NCBI GenBank assembly: GCA_012295275.1
Contig: CM022666.1
Location: 16,678,001-16,742,000 of the forward strand
DNA from: Chrysomallon squamiferum
Taxonomy: Eukaryota > Animalia > Mollusca
DNA: 64,000 nt
Direction: 5' to 3'
Shown piece after piece: positions 52,437 to 64,000 of this stretch (its first letter is position 1; every line of letters begins with the position of its first letter). The notes under the pieces are model-generated. The model was not told where the DNA came from and searched no databases. It was given only the letters and a program-made list of their open reading frames with translations. The position numbers were made by a program, and so were the translations under genes.

Positions 52437-54255
52437 CTTTCACAAAATAATAAAAAGAAAAAAATTATGATAATAAATAATCTCTCGATTTGTAAAGTTT
52501 TTTTTTTTTTTTTTGTGCCTATTAGTGACTGCCGAAATGATAATAATTAACAACCTTAACGAAAACTTTATACAACCTTTATATTACCTTTATGGAACCT
52601 TTCTGATACCTTTATGGAACCTTTCTGATACCTTTATGCAACCTTATCTTACCTTTATGCAAACTTATCTTACCTTTTTACACACTTTCTGTTAACTAAA
52701 TACAAACTTTATATTATCTTCATTCAACCTTTCTATTATTTTATAAAACATTTCTGTTATCTTTATGCAGTCGTTACGTTTATGCAGTCTTTATGTTACG
52801 TTTATCTTTACACAACTTTCTGTTACTTTATACAAGATTTATTTTACATTAATACAGCATTTCTGTTTTATTTAGCCTTTATACAGTATTGGTGTTATCT
52901 TTACACAGTACATCTCTGACCTTTATCTAAACTATCTGTGACCTTTATACAACCTTTCAATGACGTTTGCAGTAGCAGATAAATACCAATCCACTCCCTA
53001 TTTTAGCAGTTTGTTAATAATGAGCTACATATTATTAACAAAACATGTTTCTACCAGCCAGTTAGAAGCTCTTCCGTTTCAGAAAAAACTTCATTTAATT
53101 TTAATTAAATTCTTCGCAAGGCTAATGCACTACACTGCATTCAATAGATATGCTAATCAATTTACAGTAAGTGATAACTTATTGAATTTGCACTCGTTCT
53201 CTTTCAAGAAAAATAACACACACACAAAACAACAGAGAGATAGATGGATAGAGAGAGAAAGACACGAAATGGAGAGACACAGAGAAAGAAACAGAGAGAG
53301 AGTGTAAATATATGCTGTTCTCTTTAAACTACAATGATTTTATGTATCAACAAAATTTGTTGTTCTGTTTAAAAACTGATAGAGATATAGATAGCAAGAG
53401 AGAGAGACAGAGAGAAAGAGGGAGAAATAGCTAGAGATAGATAGAGTATAAGAGAGAAACACAGAAAATCAGACCGATCTAAACAGATATAGACAGACAG
53501 AGATAAAGAGACAGATGGAGAGGGATAAAGTTATGCAGAAAACAGATAAAAAGAAAAAGAGAACGAAGAAGAGATTAAAGAGAAAGAAACAGAGATGTGA
53601 AAGAGAATACATCATGGTTCTCGGAAAGATTTTAACATGTTTTATAAAACTGTGTATATTAATTTGTCATGTAATGTTTTGATGGTCATATAATGTTTTG
53701 AAATGGAAACGTCATATTTTATCAAGAATTCTATAAAGTTTTATTAATTATTTTATAGAATTAAGAATGGTACTTAACAAAAGAAAATATAAATTTTTGC
53801 GAAGGAATAAATCATTGTTATAACAATTGTGAATAGAATCGATAACCTATGAAAAAATCGATAAGCTATAAAGCTGAAATAAATTAATCGGTCAGACGTG
53901 GACGTACAAAAGAGAAAATACTTGTAACACTCTGTGTAATACAAAAACATCTTCAAACACAGTCACACTCTATCACCTAATGTAAAATGTATAACATCAA
54001 CAAATATTGAACAATACTTTGTGTAAAGTATGGAACATCAACAGATATCACAAAACAATAATTTGTGTAAGACTTATAAAATATTTGAAGACGTCACTGA
54101 ATAATACTTTGTGTTATAACGTACAGAACATCAACAAACATCACTGAACAATACTTTGTGTTAAAACGTATAGAACATCAACACACATCACTGAACAATA
54201 CTTTGTGTTAAAACGTATAGAACATCAACAAACGTCACTGAACGATACTTTTGAC

Positions 54256-54450
54256 ATGGGCTTGTTGAGATCTCTGTGTACGTCACTGTACATACACGGA
54301 CAGCAATACAGAACTGGAAGGAGACACGAGAACTTTGTAACGGACAACTGCTCCACACTGTTACGCATGGCTTGGAATCTGTACGTTTTAGAAGATTACG
54401 GTTATATTCCGCTAAGGAACACGTCACCAGAGACGGCACAAGAACGTTGA
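54256..54450 (+). pseudogene. Truncated or decayed paralog of the 51268 secreted-protein gene
   Basis: NFVTDNCSTLLRMAWNLYVLEDYGYIPL aligns by eye with RFVMNNCRVLSRLAWFAFVTRDEGSEPL; both start ACATGGGC and share an upstream about 45-nt repeat; early TGA followed by a (GA)n tract. Confidence 0.6.
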
Positions 54451-54507
54451 TTCCTCTGAGTTGTTTCTGTACTCAACACTTCAGTCTTGTACAGGCTGGA
54501 AAACAGC

Positions 54508-54578
<71 letters not shown>

Positions 54579-55681
54579 GTTTGTATGTGTGCCAAAAGAA
54601 TAGACCGTCCTAACTCTAGAAACATATGCCGACTTTACGTTCTGTGTATCTATGTGCAGACTCAAATCAGATGTTCATAAGACAACAGATTATTCATTCA
54701 TAAAAACTTACAGACATACATAGGTACATTTATACAATACATAGGTAATAAAAAAAAACAGCAGTTTTATTAATTTTTGTTTGTTATGATTATTATTTAT
54801 TATTGTTAATGGTGGTACTAGTTATTTTTCATCAAGCAGAAAACAAAATCGCTTGAAACTACATAGCATTTTATATTATTCTATAAGCATCTATAAACAA
54901 CCTGTTTACATACACATACAATACACATATACACAAATACAAATACATATACGTATATATACACACGTATTTACACACATACAATACACATATACATATA
55001 CACACATGCACATACAAATACAAATACATATACGTATATATACACACATACAATACACATACACATACACACATACACATCACATACACACATGCAGATA
55101 CACATACGTACAGATACACATATACACACATACACATACACATACAGACATAAACATACACATACAAATACACACACATATACACACATATACATACACA
55201 AGACACACATAATATACATAAACAGATATATGATAAAAGTATAGTTATAATAAAAAGAGCAGAAGGGAAGGACAATCATAGGTTGTAAACAAAGTTCAAT
55301 GAGCCTGACGTAGCAGAGACCCCCGACCTTACAACAAACTACCTGTAGGTCAGATTGTCTCCCCTAGCCAGGTGTATCGTTTCACTAAAACACAGGGAAT
55401 ATTTACATTTTTGTTTGATCTCTGCTCATTCTGTGACACGCACACATATAAGTTTTAACTGTAGTTCAGCGCGTGGACAGTCAGGGAGAGGAGAAGTCAT
55501 GCTGTACGCAAAGTTGTGAACTTGTGTAAAAGGGGCGTGTTTCGGCAGACTGTTTTATCACCACGCCTAAGTAAGGTGAGGTAACCTACTTACAAAACAG
55601 TTTACAACTGTAAACTAATCTTGTTTCTTATTTCAGACAACAGATCAACTGACGTGAGACAATTAGTTACACTTCTTCTTT

Positions 55682-55735
<54 letters not shown>

Positions 55736-56345
55736 ACAGAACAAAATGTACTGTGTGCATACAATGTTACTGTCTTACGATGATACTAGACCACAGTACA
55801 AATTCACTCTAAAACTTTATTTACTGACATTTTTTGTATGTATGTATGTATGTATGCATGTATGTGTTATACAGGATATACTGTGTTTATATACAGGCAT
55901 GTATGTAGCTACATGTATGTTTGTGTGTCTGTTTGTACATGGTTATATACGTATATATAACTAACATATAAAATTTAGATCACAATCTTTCATTATCTAG
56001 TCTCATGTTTCTTGCAGTCGTGAGGTAAAAGGTCGCTACATTGCTACTTTATCCTTGTCGATATAAAAATAGACTTTTTGTTGTTGGCTATAAACAACGG
56101 ATACATCGCTATCTAGGTCACGTTTATACAGTCAGTTATTAGAACGGGTGTGCAATGATATGGGCGGGTATTCTCTGGTGGACTAAAACTGTAATAAGCA
56201 GTCAGTGAATACAATAGCTTTTAGTTTCATTCGTGCTGTAACACGAACAGATTTTTGTTTTCTGAAATCTTGTTTTTCCTGTTCATACATTTTAACTATT
56301 TGTCTCATATAATAATAATAATAATAATAATAACAACAACAACAA

Positions 56346-56392
<47 letters not shown>

Positions 56393-56528
56393 ATAATAAT
56401 AACAATAATAATTATTATTTGACTATTATTATTATTATTAAAGCATTACAGTTATCAAATTATGCTGACTGAATATATTCATGTATTTTCTACATTTGTG
56501 TACTGTTTCACAGAGGAAACCTATGTAG

Positions 56529-58327
56529 ATGACTGGAGATCATAACACGACTGCAAATGTACTTCACGACACCAGCGACGTCAACACAACTACACCAACA
56601 TCCTCCCTGATAACATCAAACACAGCATCGACAACAAAGGTTACAATTTGTATGTATACAGTACATTTTGTATGTCACATTAATACAATTTATATACACT
56701 TTAAAATGTTGTACATACCATTTTAGCATTTTATATACAAACTTATAATATACAGTATATTATGTGTGTAATTCTCAGTATCTAACATGACAAACAGTCA
56801 AATGTTTGCTTGTTAATTATATTTCAGTATATAACATGACAAACAGTCAAGTGTTTCCTTGTTAATTATATTTCAGTATCTAACATGACAAACAGTCAAG
56901 TGTTTGCTTGTTAATTATATTTCAGTGTCTAACATGACAAGTAGACAAGTATTTGTTAATTATATTTCAGTATCTAACATGACAAACAGTCAAGTGTTTG
57001 CTTGTTAATTATATTTCAGTGTCTAACATGACAAGTAGACAAGTATTTGTTAATTATATTTCAGTATCTAACATGACAAACAGTCAAGTGTTTGCTTGTT
57101 AATTATATTTCAGTGTTAATTTGTTAATTATATTTCAGTATCTAACATGACAAACAGTCAAGTGTTTGCTTGTTAATTATATTTCAGTGTCTAACATGAC
57201 AAGTAGACAAGTATTTGTTAATTATATTTCAGTATCTAACATGACAAACAGTCAAGTGTTTGCTTGTTAATTATATTTCAGTGTCTAACATGACAAGTAG
57301 ACAAGTATTTGTTAATTATATTTCAGTATTAACATGACAAACAGTCAAATGTTTGCTTTGTTAATTTATTTCAGTGTTATATTTCATTTGTTAATTTCAG
57401 TATCTAACATGACAAACAGTCAAGTGTTTGCTTGTTAATTATATTTCAGTGTCTAACATGACAAGTAGTCAAGTGTTTGCTTGTTAATTATATTTCAGTG
57501 TCTAATATGACAAACAGTCAAGTGTTTGCTTGTTACGTATATTTCAGTATTTAACATGACAAATAGTCAAGTGTTTGCTTCTTAATTATATTTCAGTATT
57601 TAACATGACAAGTAGTCTAGTGTTTGCTTCTTAATTATATTTCAGTATTTAACATGACAAGTAGTCTAGTGTTTGCTTCTTAATTATATTTCAGTATTTA
57701 ACTACAAGAAGTCAGGTGTTTGTTAATTGTATTTCAGTATCTAACATGACAAGTAGTCAGGTGTTTGTTAATTATATTTCAGTATCTAGCATGACAAGTA
57801 GTCAGGTGTTTGTTAATTATATTTCAGTATCTAACATGACAAGTAGTGAAGTGTTTGTTAATTATATTTCAGTATCTAACATGACCAGTAGTCAGGTGTT
57901 TGTTAATTATATTTCAGTATCTAACATGACAAGTAGTGAGGTGTTTGTTAATTATATTTCAGTATCTAACATGACAAGTAGTCAGGTGTTTGTTAATTAT
58001 ATTTCAGTATCTAACATGACCAGTAGTCAGGTGTTTGTTAATTATATTTCAGTATCTAACATGACCAGTAGTCAGGTGTTTGTTAATTATATTTCAGTAT
58101 CTAACATGACCAGTAGTCAGGTGTTTGTTAATTATATTTCAGTATCTAACATGACAAGTAGTCAGGTGTTTGTTAATTATATTTCAGTGTCTAATATGAC
58201 AAGTAGTGAAGTGTTTGCGTTGTCTGCAGGAATCGCCTTCGTCCTCGTTGTTTGTTTGGTCGTCGTCATTTGTCTGCGAAGACGTGGGTCAGTGAGTTTC
58301 TGCTTGATATCATCATGGTTATTATAC

Positions 58328-58361
<34 letters not shown>

Positions 58362-58874
58362 TTCATCATCATCATGTTCTTTTCGTCTTTCTCCTCGTCG
58401 TCTTTTTTTTCTTCTTCTTCTTCTTCTTCTTCTTGTTATTGTTATTATTGTTATTGTTATTATTATTATTACTATTATTATTAATATTGTTATTGTTATT
58501 GTTATCGTTATCGTTATTGTTATTATTATTGTTGTTATTGTTGTTGTTGTTAATTCTGCTGCTGTTGTTGGTGTTTTATGCTAAATTATAGATGATCAAA
58601 TTATTATCTAAACTCCACTGCTTAATTTCCCGTTCTAGATAGAAATCTATACATGGTTTATCACGGGATGTTTTATATTAAACTCAAAAGCTCTTCATGA
58701 CCTTTGTTAATAATCCTCTAAATGTCAACAGCTTTTCTCTCGTTCCAACAAAAGCTCCACAATTATTATTTTAAAACCCATACTAAGCTGCATTATGATA
58801 CTATATAATACTATGTATAATATAATATAATTATTATACTGAAACCTATACTTTGCTGTATTATAATATTATTT

Positions 58875-58905
<31 letters not shown>

Positions 58906-59109
58906 CATACAATATAATTCTTCATAACCCTCTATGTAAAAGCGTGCTTACTGGCGTTTGTTAATTTGAAGAAAAACAAAAACATGAAGTGAGTTTCTTT
59001 TCGCGGCTGTTTGTTTCTGAGTGTGCACACTGCATCCCGCTCTTCTTTGTTAAAATAACCGTATGATATTAATAGTTATCTCCCTTCAGGTGAAACAATA
59101 AAATAGAAA

Positions 59110-59147
<38 letters not shown>

Positions 59148-59955
59148 TTAAGATAACTGTTATCTGACTAAAGTGCACAGATCAGTGAGGAGACTTCAGC
59201 CCATGTGTAAATATATAAACATATTTAACTATGCGTCCAGATTAGATTTCATTAAATGTCGACTTTGTTTCATTTCTAATAAACAACGAATACTAATAAC
59301 GTTAAAATTAAAACTTGTTAATGAATATTCGTGAACGCAGACTCTGTAATCAAAACTGAGTCCAGCACGGAGACTGGCTCGTCATAACTCTTCCTTATTG
59401 GTTCTGTGTTTAATTAAAAAATATTTATTACTTTTCAACAGTGGTAATAATAATGATAATAAGTGTACGTATGTGATTATATATATAGGATTTCTTTAAA
59501 ATATATTTTAAAACTGTTTCGTTTTTCCACGACACTGAAATTTATTACAAATATTGTTATCTTATTACTTTTAATATTACAGAAACCTTGAAATCTGGAT
59601 GCAAATTGTTAGTTAATTTTTAATTTTTATATTTTTGTGTTACAGCAAACTGAAATGTTTTCAGCGGAAGAATCAAAGTCGTCGTTCCTCAACGTCGAGC
59701 AGTCAGCATCCCCTCGACTTTGACCCCGACCAAGACAACGACGACAGCCTGCGACCCACAGACGGAGACCTCTTCGCAATCGGCGACTTCGAGGACGGCG
59801 ACTTAACGACGACGAACGTAGAGGACGGCTACTTTTACGACGAAGTTTTCAATAGCTCTGCTTTTGAAGACGTCGCAACAAATCAGTCGATTAAACAACT
59901 TTTCAGTGTGAAATCTGACGACGAAGTCCCCGTTTTATCCGGTTCACACAACTGA
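56529..59955 (+). CDS. Small single-pass (type III-like) membrane protein: Ser/Thr-rich N-glycosylated ectodomain, TM, acidic Tyr-containing tail
   Basis: Exons 56529-56649 (MTGDHNTTANV...; acceptor at 56512-56513 upstream of the ATG), 58188-58287 (SNMTSSEVFALSAGIAFVLVVCLVVVICLRRRG) and 59646-59955 (KLKCFQRK...EDGYFYDEVF...GSHN*); phases 1 and 2 are consistent. Confidence 0.7.
56760..58218 (+). repeat. Tandem array of the TM-exon splice acceptor junction (45/49 nt, about 30 copies)
   Basis: Unit GTTAATTATATTTCAG|TATCTAACATGACAAGTAGTCAGGTGTTT; the last copy is the acceptor at 58186-58187. Confidence 0.95.
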
Positions 59956-60098
59956 CGTAAACGTTTTAAATAATGACCTTATTAATCATGAATATATTAT
60001 CTTAATGACGTCAAACAAACGTAAACACAGGTATTTGACGTAAACAAATATAAATACATTTTACTCACGTCAAAATAAACTCAGTTTTTCACCTCAAA

Positions 60099-60132
<34 letters not shown>

Positions 60133-60211
60133 ATAATTAATTTTTTTAGTATTCTAACATTATGCAAATATAAAAATAATTACGATAACTATTAATAATA
60201 ACAACAACAAC

Positions 60212-60260
<49 letters not shown>

Positions 60261-60929
60261 GCAACAACAATAACAACAACAACTATAAATCATGTATATG
60301 TTTATGTACGTATGTATGTTCACTGTATATGTCTGTGTGCCTGTCTGTATGTTTAGTACATACAATAAAATGGCAATGTTTCAGTGATTATATGAATTGC
60401 AAATGAATAAATCCGGCGAATGAATAAAAGTTTATAAATAGGCATTTTCCTATTTACATACACAAATTAATTAATTATATATATTTGAAAATGCAATAAC
60501 AAAAATAATAAAAGCATTTTTAAATATGAAGCTTTAATTTATTTTCATTATTCATTTAAATTTATTTTGATTATATTTAGCACAGAAAAATAAACCAAAT
60601 TATTTTATGCAATTAACTTTAATTAATTTCACTAATAGATTAGTACTATATTTGATCGGTAACAAAATAAACAAAATAAAAATGTTGTTGTTTACTTGTT
60701 TGTAACATCAGATAATCATATTACTCACTGAACATTGAAATGTTTTAAGAAAATTAAAGGAAAAAATCAAAGTATGACAGATGAATGCCAGAATGAACAA
60801 CAGATAATTAACACAGAGAAAGGAACAATACTTAGAATGATGCTGGTTTTGCAGGAAAATCACAGTGTTCATTAGAATGACGAACAAAAGAAATATCATT
60901 TAATGACTTCTTCTCTGTTCAAAGCTGGA

Positions 60930-61355
60930 GAAAAATAAATACATTTTTAGATCTGCTATAAATTAAGTTGAATTTAAAATGAAAAAGTCATCTGATTTTA
61001 TATATAAAAATAAATACACTTTTAGATCTGCAATAAATAAAGTTGAATTTAAAATGAAAAAGTCATCTGATTTTTTATATAAAAATAAAACACTTTTAGA
61101 TCTGCAATAAATAAAGTTGAATTTGAAAAAATGATTTTTATATAAAAAAAAACTTTCATCTGATAAATTTTTTAAAATAAAAAGTCAAAATAAATACACT
61201 TTTAGATCTGCAATAAATAAAGTTGAATTTAAAATGAAAAAGTCATCTGATTTTTTATATAAAAATAAAAATGCAATAAAACAATTTTAGATCTGATTTT
61301 TTATATAAAAATAAATACACTTTTAGATCTGCAATAAATAAAGTTGAATTTAAGA
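60930..61355. repeat. About 75-nt AT-rich tandem repeat, about 5-6 partly rearranged copies, downstream of the GPCR
   Basis: AAATAAATACACTTTTAGATCTGCAATAAATAAAGTTGAATTTAAAATGAAAAAGTCATCTGATTTTTTATATA repeated. Confidence 0.85.
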
Positions 61356-61695
61356 TGAATTAGCTGTCAATAATAACCAGATGTTTGAAAAAAAACCCAG
61401 AATGAAGATGTTTTCAGTTTGTAAGAAATTTTAAAAGGGCTGACATCAGGTTCATTTCTTTTTATCAGTAAATCACTGACTGAAATTGTTTACAGTCTAA
61501 GAAAACTCGTTTAAGCGTTAGGCTGCTTCTCGTTCAAATCACATCTACGGCCTGACGAATCACGTGACACAGTTAGTCTCCTGTGTATGCGATGGTGCGT
61601 ATCAAATTATTTTTGCTGCTAACCGAAATGGACGAATACCTCCAATTTCAGCGTATATCATCACTTATGTCCTTGTTATTTCATTATTCTATCAG

Positions 61696-62622
61696 TCATT
61701 CATTCATTCGTTCATTCATTTTTCTTCTAAGAAAGATGTCACAGACTTTGTGTCGGAACTCTTTGGTTCGAATGGCGTATATTACAGGATTTAAAAACGA
61801 ATTTGATATTCCCAGAATCAAAAGATGCGTTCCTATGATATCCTTCAGACAGCACGTATCTTCTCCACAAATTAGCTGGACAGCGGTCAGTATGAGAAAT
61901 GGACACCACGTGACCACGAGACAGCCAATCACAACGAGCAGGGTTCTCATAGACTTCCAGTTCTGTCGAGACAAGCCGAAGGGTCCCGTGTTGCTCCGGA
62001 CTACGCCGATGTTGTGTATCGCCTCGATTCTCCTGATGTGAAGTCTCGCTTTCCCGAACAGTTTCAAGTATATCGCGAATACCGTCACTATGGGAACGAA
62101 CGCAACGGCGAACACAAATATGACGTAATTAGTTTTCACGACGTACAGAAATGAACAGTACTTCTTATAATCGCCGTTATTCCAGCCCATGAGGGGAGAA
62201 AACCCGACCAGCAGAGAGTGAATCCAGGCGGCGCTGATGCAGCATACAGCTTTTGGTGACGTCATTATTTGTTGATAGCGCAGAGCGCGAGTTATTGCGA
62301 TCACTCGGTCAATAGCTACGAGCAGGATGCACAGAGTGGAGGCTTCGAGGAAGGAGACAGTCAAACCAATTCTGAACAGACACAGGCCCAGAGTCTGCTC
62401 GTTAGCTGCGCTCATGATGGTCAGTACAGATACGGCACCGACACCAACGTCAGCGACAACAAGAGACAAAACAAACCAGTATGTGGGTCTGTACAGTTTC
62501 CTCTCAACGGCGATGTATATCAGCACAACGCTGTTGCTGATGATGATCAGAACGACGACAGGAATGAGGACGTAATGTTTGATCCTTTCATGGATATTAT
62601 TAGAATCCATGTAACAAACCAT
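61696..62622 (-). CDS. Intronless rhodopsin-class (class A) GPCR, adenosine-receptor/GPR119-like group
   Basis: 308-aa ORF with 7 hydrophobic segments and class A motifs: SNSVV (TM1), SLVVAD (TM2), AIDRVIAI (DRY-like), PLMGWN, TWCPF (TM6), NSFLNPVIYA (NPxxY), KEFR helix 8. Subfamily assignment is by recollection only. Confidence 0.93.
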   Translation of the reverse strand: MVCYMDSNNIHERIKHYVLIPVVVLIIISNSVVLIYIAVERKLYRPTYWFVLSLVVADVGVGAVSVLTIMSAANEQTLGLCLFRIGLTVSFLEASTLCILLVAIDRVIAITRALRYQQIMTSPKAVCCISAAWIHSLLVGFSPLMGWNNGDYKKYCSFLYVVKTNYVIFVFAVAFVPIVTVFAIYLKLFGKARLHIRRIEAIHNIGVVRSNTGPFGLSRQNWKSMRTLLVVIGCLVVTWCPFLILTAVQLICGEDTCCLKDIIGTHLLILGISNSFLNPVIYAIRTKEFRHKVCDIFLRRKMNERMNE

Positions 62623-63614
62623 TCTTCAGTATTTTCAAATTTACAGTTAACTGTTCAGATTAATAAATATCGTCCAGTTTACACTGCGCTTAAAATTCAA
62701 AGATTTGGACAATAAATATTACTTGATATAAACTAATCCTGGATTAACAGTAATCCGAAACCGTCACTGGACTATACAGTATTCCACCATTCAGTTTGGT
62801 CAGCTAATCCAGAATAGTATTTCTTGGTCTGTTTCAGTCAGTGATGTTAATAACCTCTACAGGGGATATCAGCTAGACTCCTCATTTACTGGAATGAAGT
62901 CATATTACATCACGACGTTATTGTGAGAAATACTTTTTCCTCAGCTCTTTAAGGATGAAATACTGTTTTTTTTTTTTTGTATAGATTAATGTGTGAGTGA
63001 AATGGTCAGCACATTACTCAATACAAAATGACGCTTCTTCAGTTTTTATCTGAAAACAATTGATTTGTTTCACAGGTCGCGATTTGCAATTTCTTTCTTA
63101 AACAGAACAATAGTTTATAGAAAATCTGTAATTTTTGTTTGAAGCATTCAGATGTCAGTTATCAATTCTTTCTCTTACAAAAACAAAACATTTGAAAAAC
63201 TGAATCCAAGAAAGTTTTCCGAGTGCTGTATTAGTAAAGTTAATCCTCGAATCAACACACAGAATCAGATTTCAACAGTGTTAGCAAAAGACTTCATAAA
63301 CCAGATTAAACTTTCATCACAGAAAATAAAAAATACCATTGACTTGCACAGGAAATCTGAGTCTGAGAGTTCAGTTCTGCTAGATCCAGGGTAAAATGGT
63401 TCTGAACACTATTACTAGCTTGTGAAAGAAACAAGAGAAGCGTGCAGTGGAGGAAAGTGTTTGAATCTGCTGTTTTCAAACAGGTGAAGTTTTCCACTGA
63501 TAACTTAGATCGATTTTCCTTTTTCATCTGCTTTCTTATCAAACATTTGTATCTGTTTAAACAAATTATATCAATAATTCTACTTTGTACAGACTGATGT
63601 TATTATTATTATTA

Positions 63615-63660
<46 letters not shown>

Positions 63661-64000
63661 CGTTGTTTGTGTTGTTATATTTTTGCTGATGCTACTTTTG
63701 TTGTTGTAGTTCTTGTTCTTCTTATTTCTGTCGTTGATGTAGATCATGTTGTTTTAAGAGTGCAAACAAAAATAAAACATTCTGTAATTTTATATATAGC
63801 CATTACTACTATTACTTCTGTTAACACCACCATTACTACTACAACAACTACTACTACTTCTACTACTATTGCGATTACTACTACAATCACTACTATTACC
63901 ATTACCATTACTACTGCTGTTGCTACTACAACAACTACTACTACTACTACTACTACTACTAATGCAGCTACTACTACTAATGCTACTGCTACTATTATTA

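Noticed and set aside
56155-56200. MIWAGILWWTKTVIS as a signal-peptide exon for the 56529 gene
   Set aside because: All three frames after the 56513 acceptor hit a stop within about 35 nt, so it cannot be joined as assembled; likely 5'UTR or uORF, unless another indel error is present.
61564-62715. Plus-strand ORFs 61564-61794, 61583-62041, 62269-62715 and 62327-62575
   Set aside because: Antisense shadows of the GPCR coding sequence with no recognisable motifs.

Overview
Very AT-rich, microsatellite- and minisatellite-dense animal genomic DNA with GT-AG spliceosomal introns; a mollusc or other lophotrochozoan is inferred from gene content, not proven. Manual splice reconstruction gives: (1) the 3' part of a GCC2/GCC185 golgin (+, 294-6198); (2) a complete 24-exon GAP1-family RasGAP, RASA3-like (+, 10326-29307); (3) a minus-strand single-pass receptor with signal peptide, FAMeT-like domain, about 5 cadherin repeats, Thr-rich linker, SEA-like domain, TM and tail (49593 to about 36532); (4) a small secreted Cys/Thr-rich protein with a probable beta-defensin-like C-terminus (+, 51268-52150) and a truncated paralog (54256-54450); (5) a small type-III-like membrane protein (+, 56529-59955); (6) an intronless class A GPCR (-, 62622-61696). 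The most striking signal is that many intronic tandem arrays are amplified copies of the exon-intron junction itself (exon end + GT + intron start, or intron end + AG + exon start). About 10 RASA3 junctions are affected, plus junctions in other genes, so the real splice site sits next to 1 to about 30 near-identical decoys. The four large donor arrays all hit a stop in the first unit, whereas three acceptor arrays are 3n and stop-free next to the exon. Several frame breaks at homopolymers suggest an imperfectly polished assembly, so single-base claims need read support. All homology calls are from motif recognition; no searches were run.
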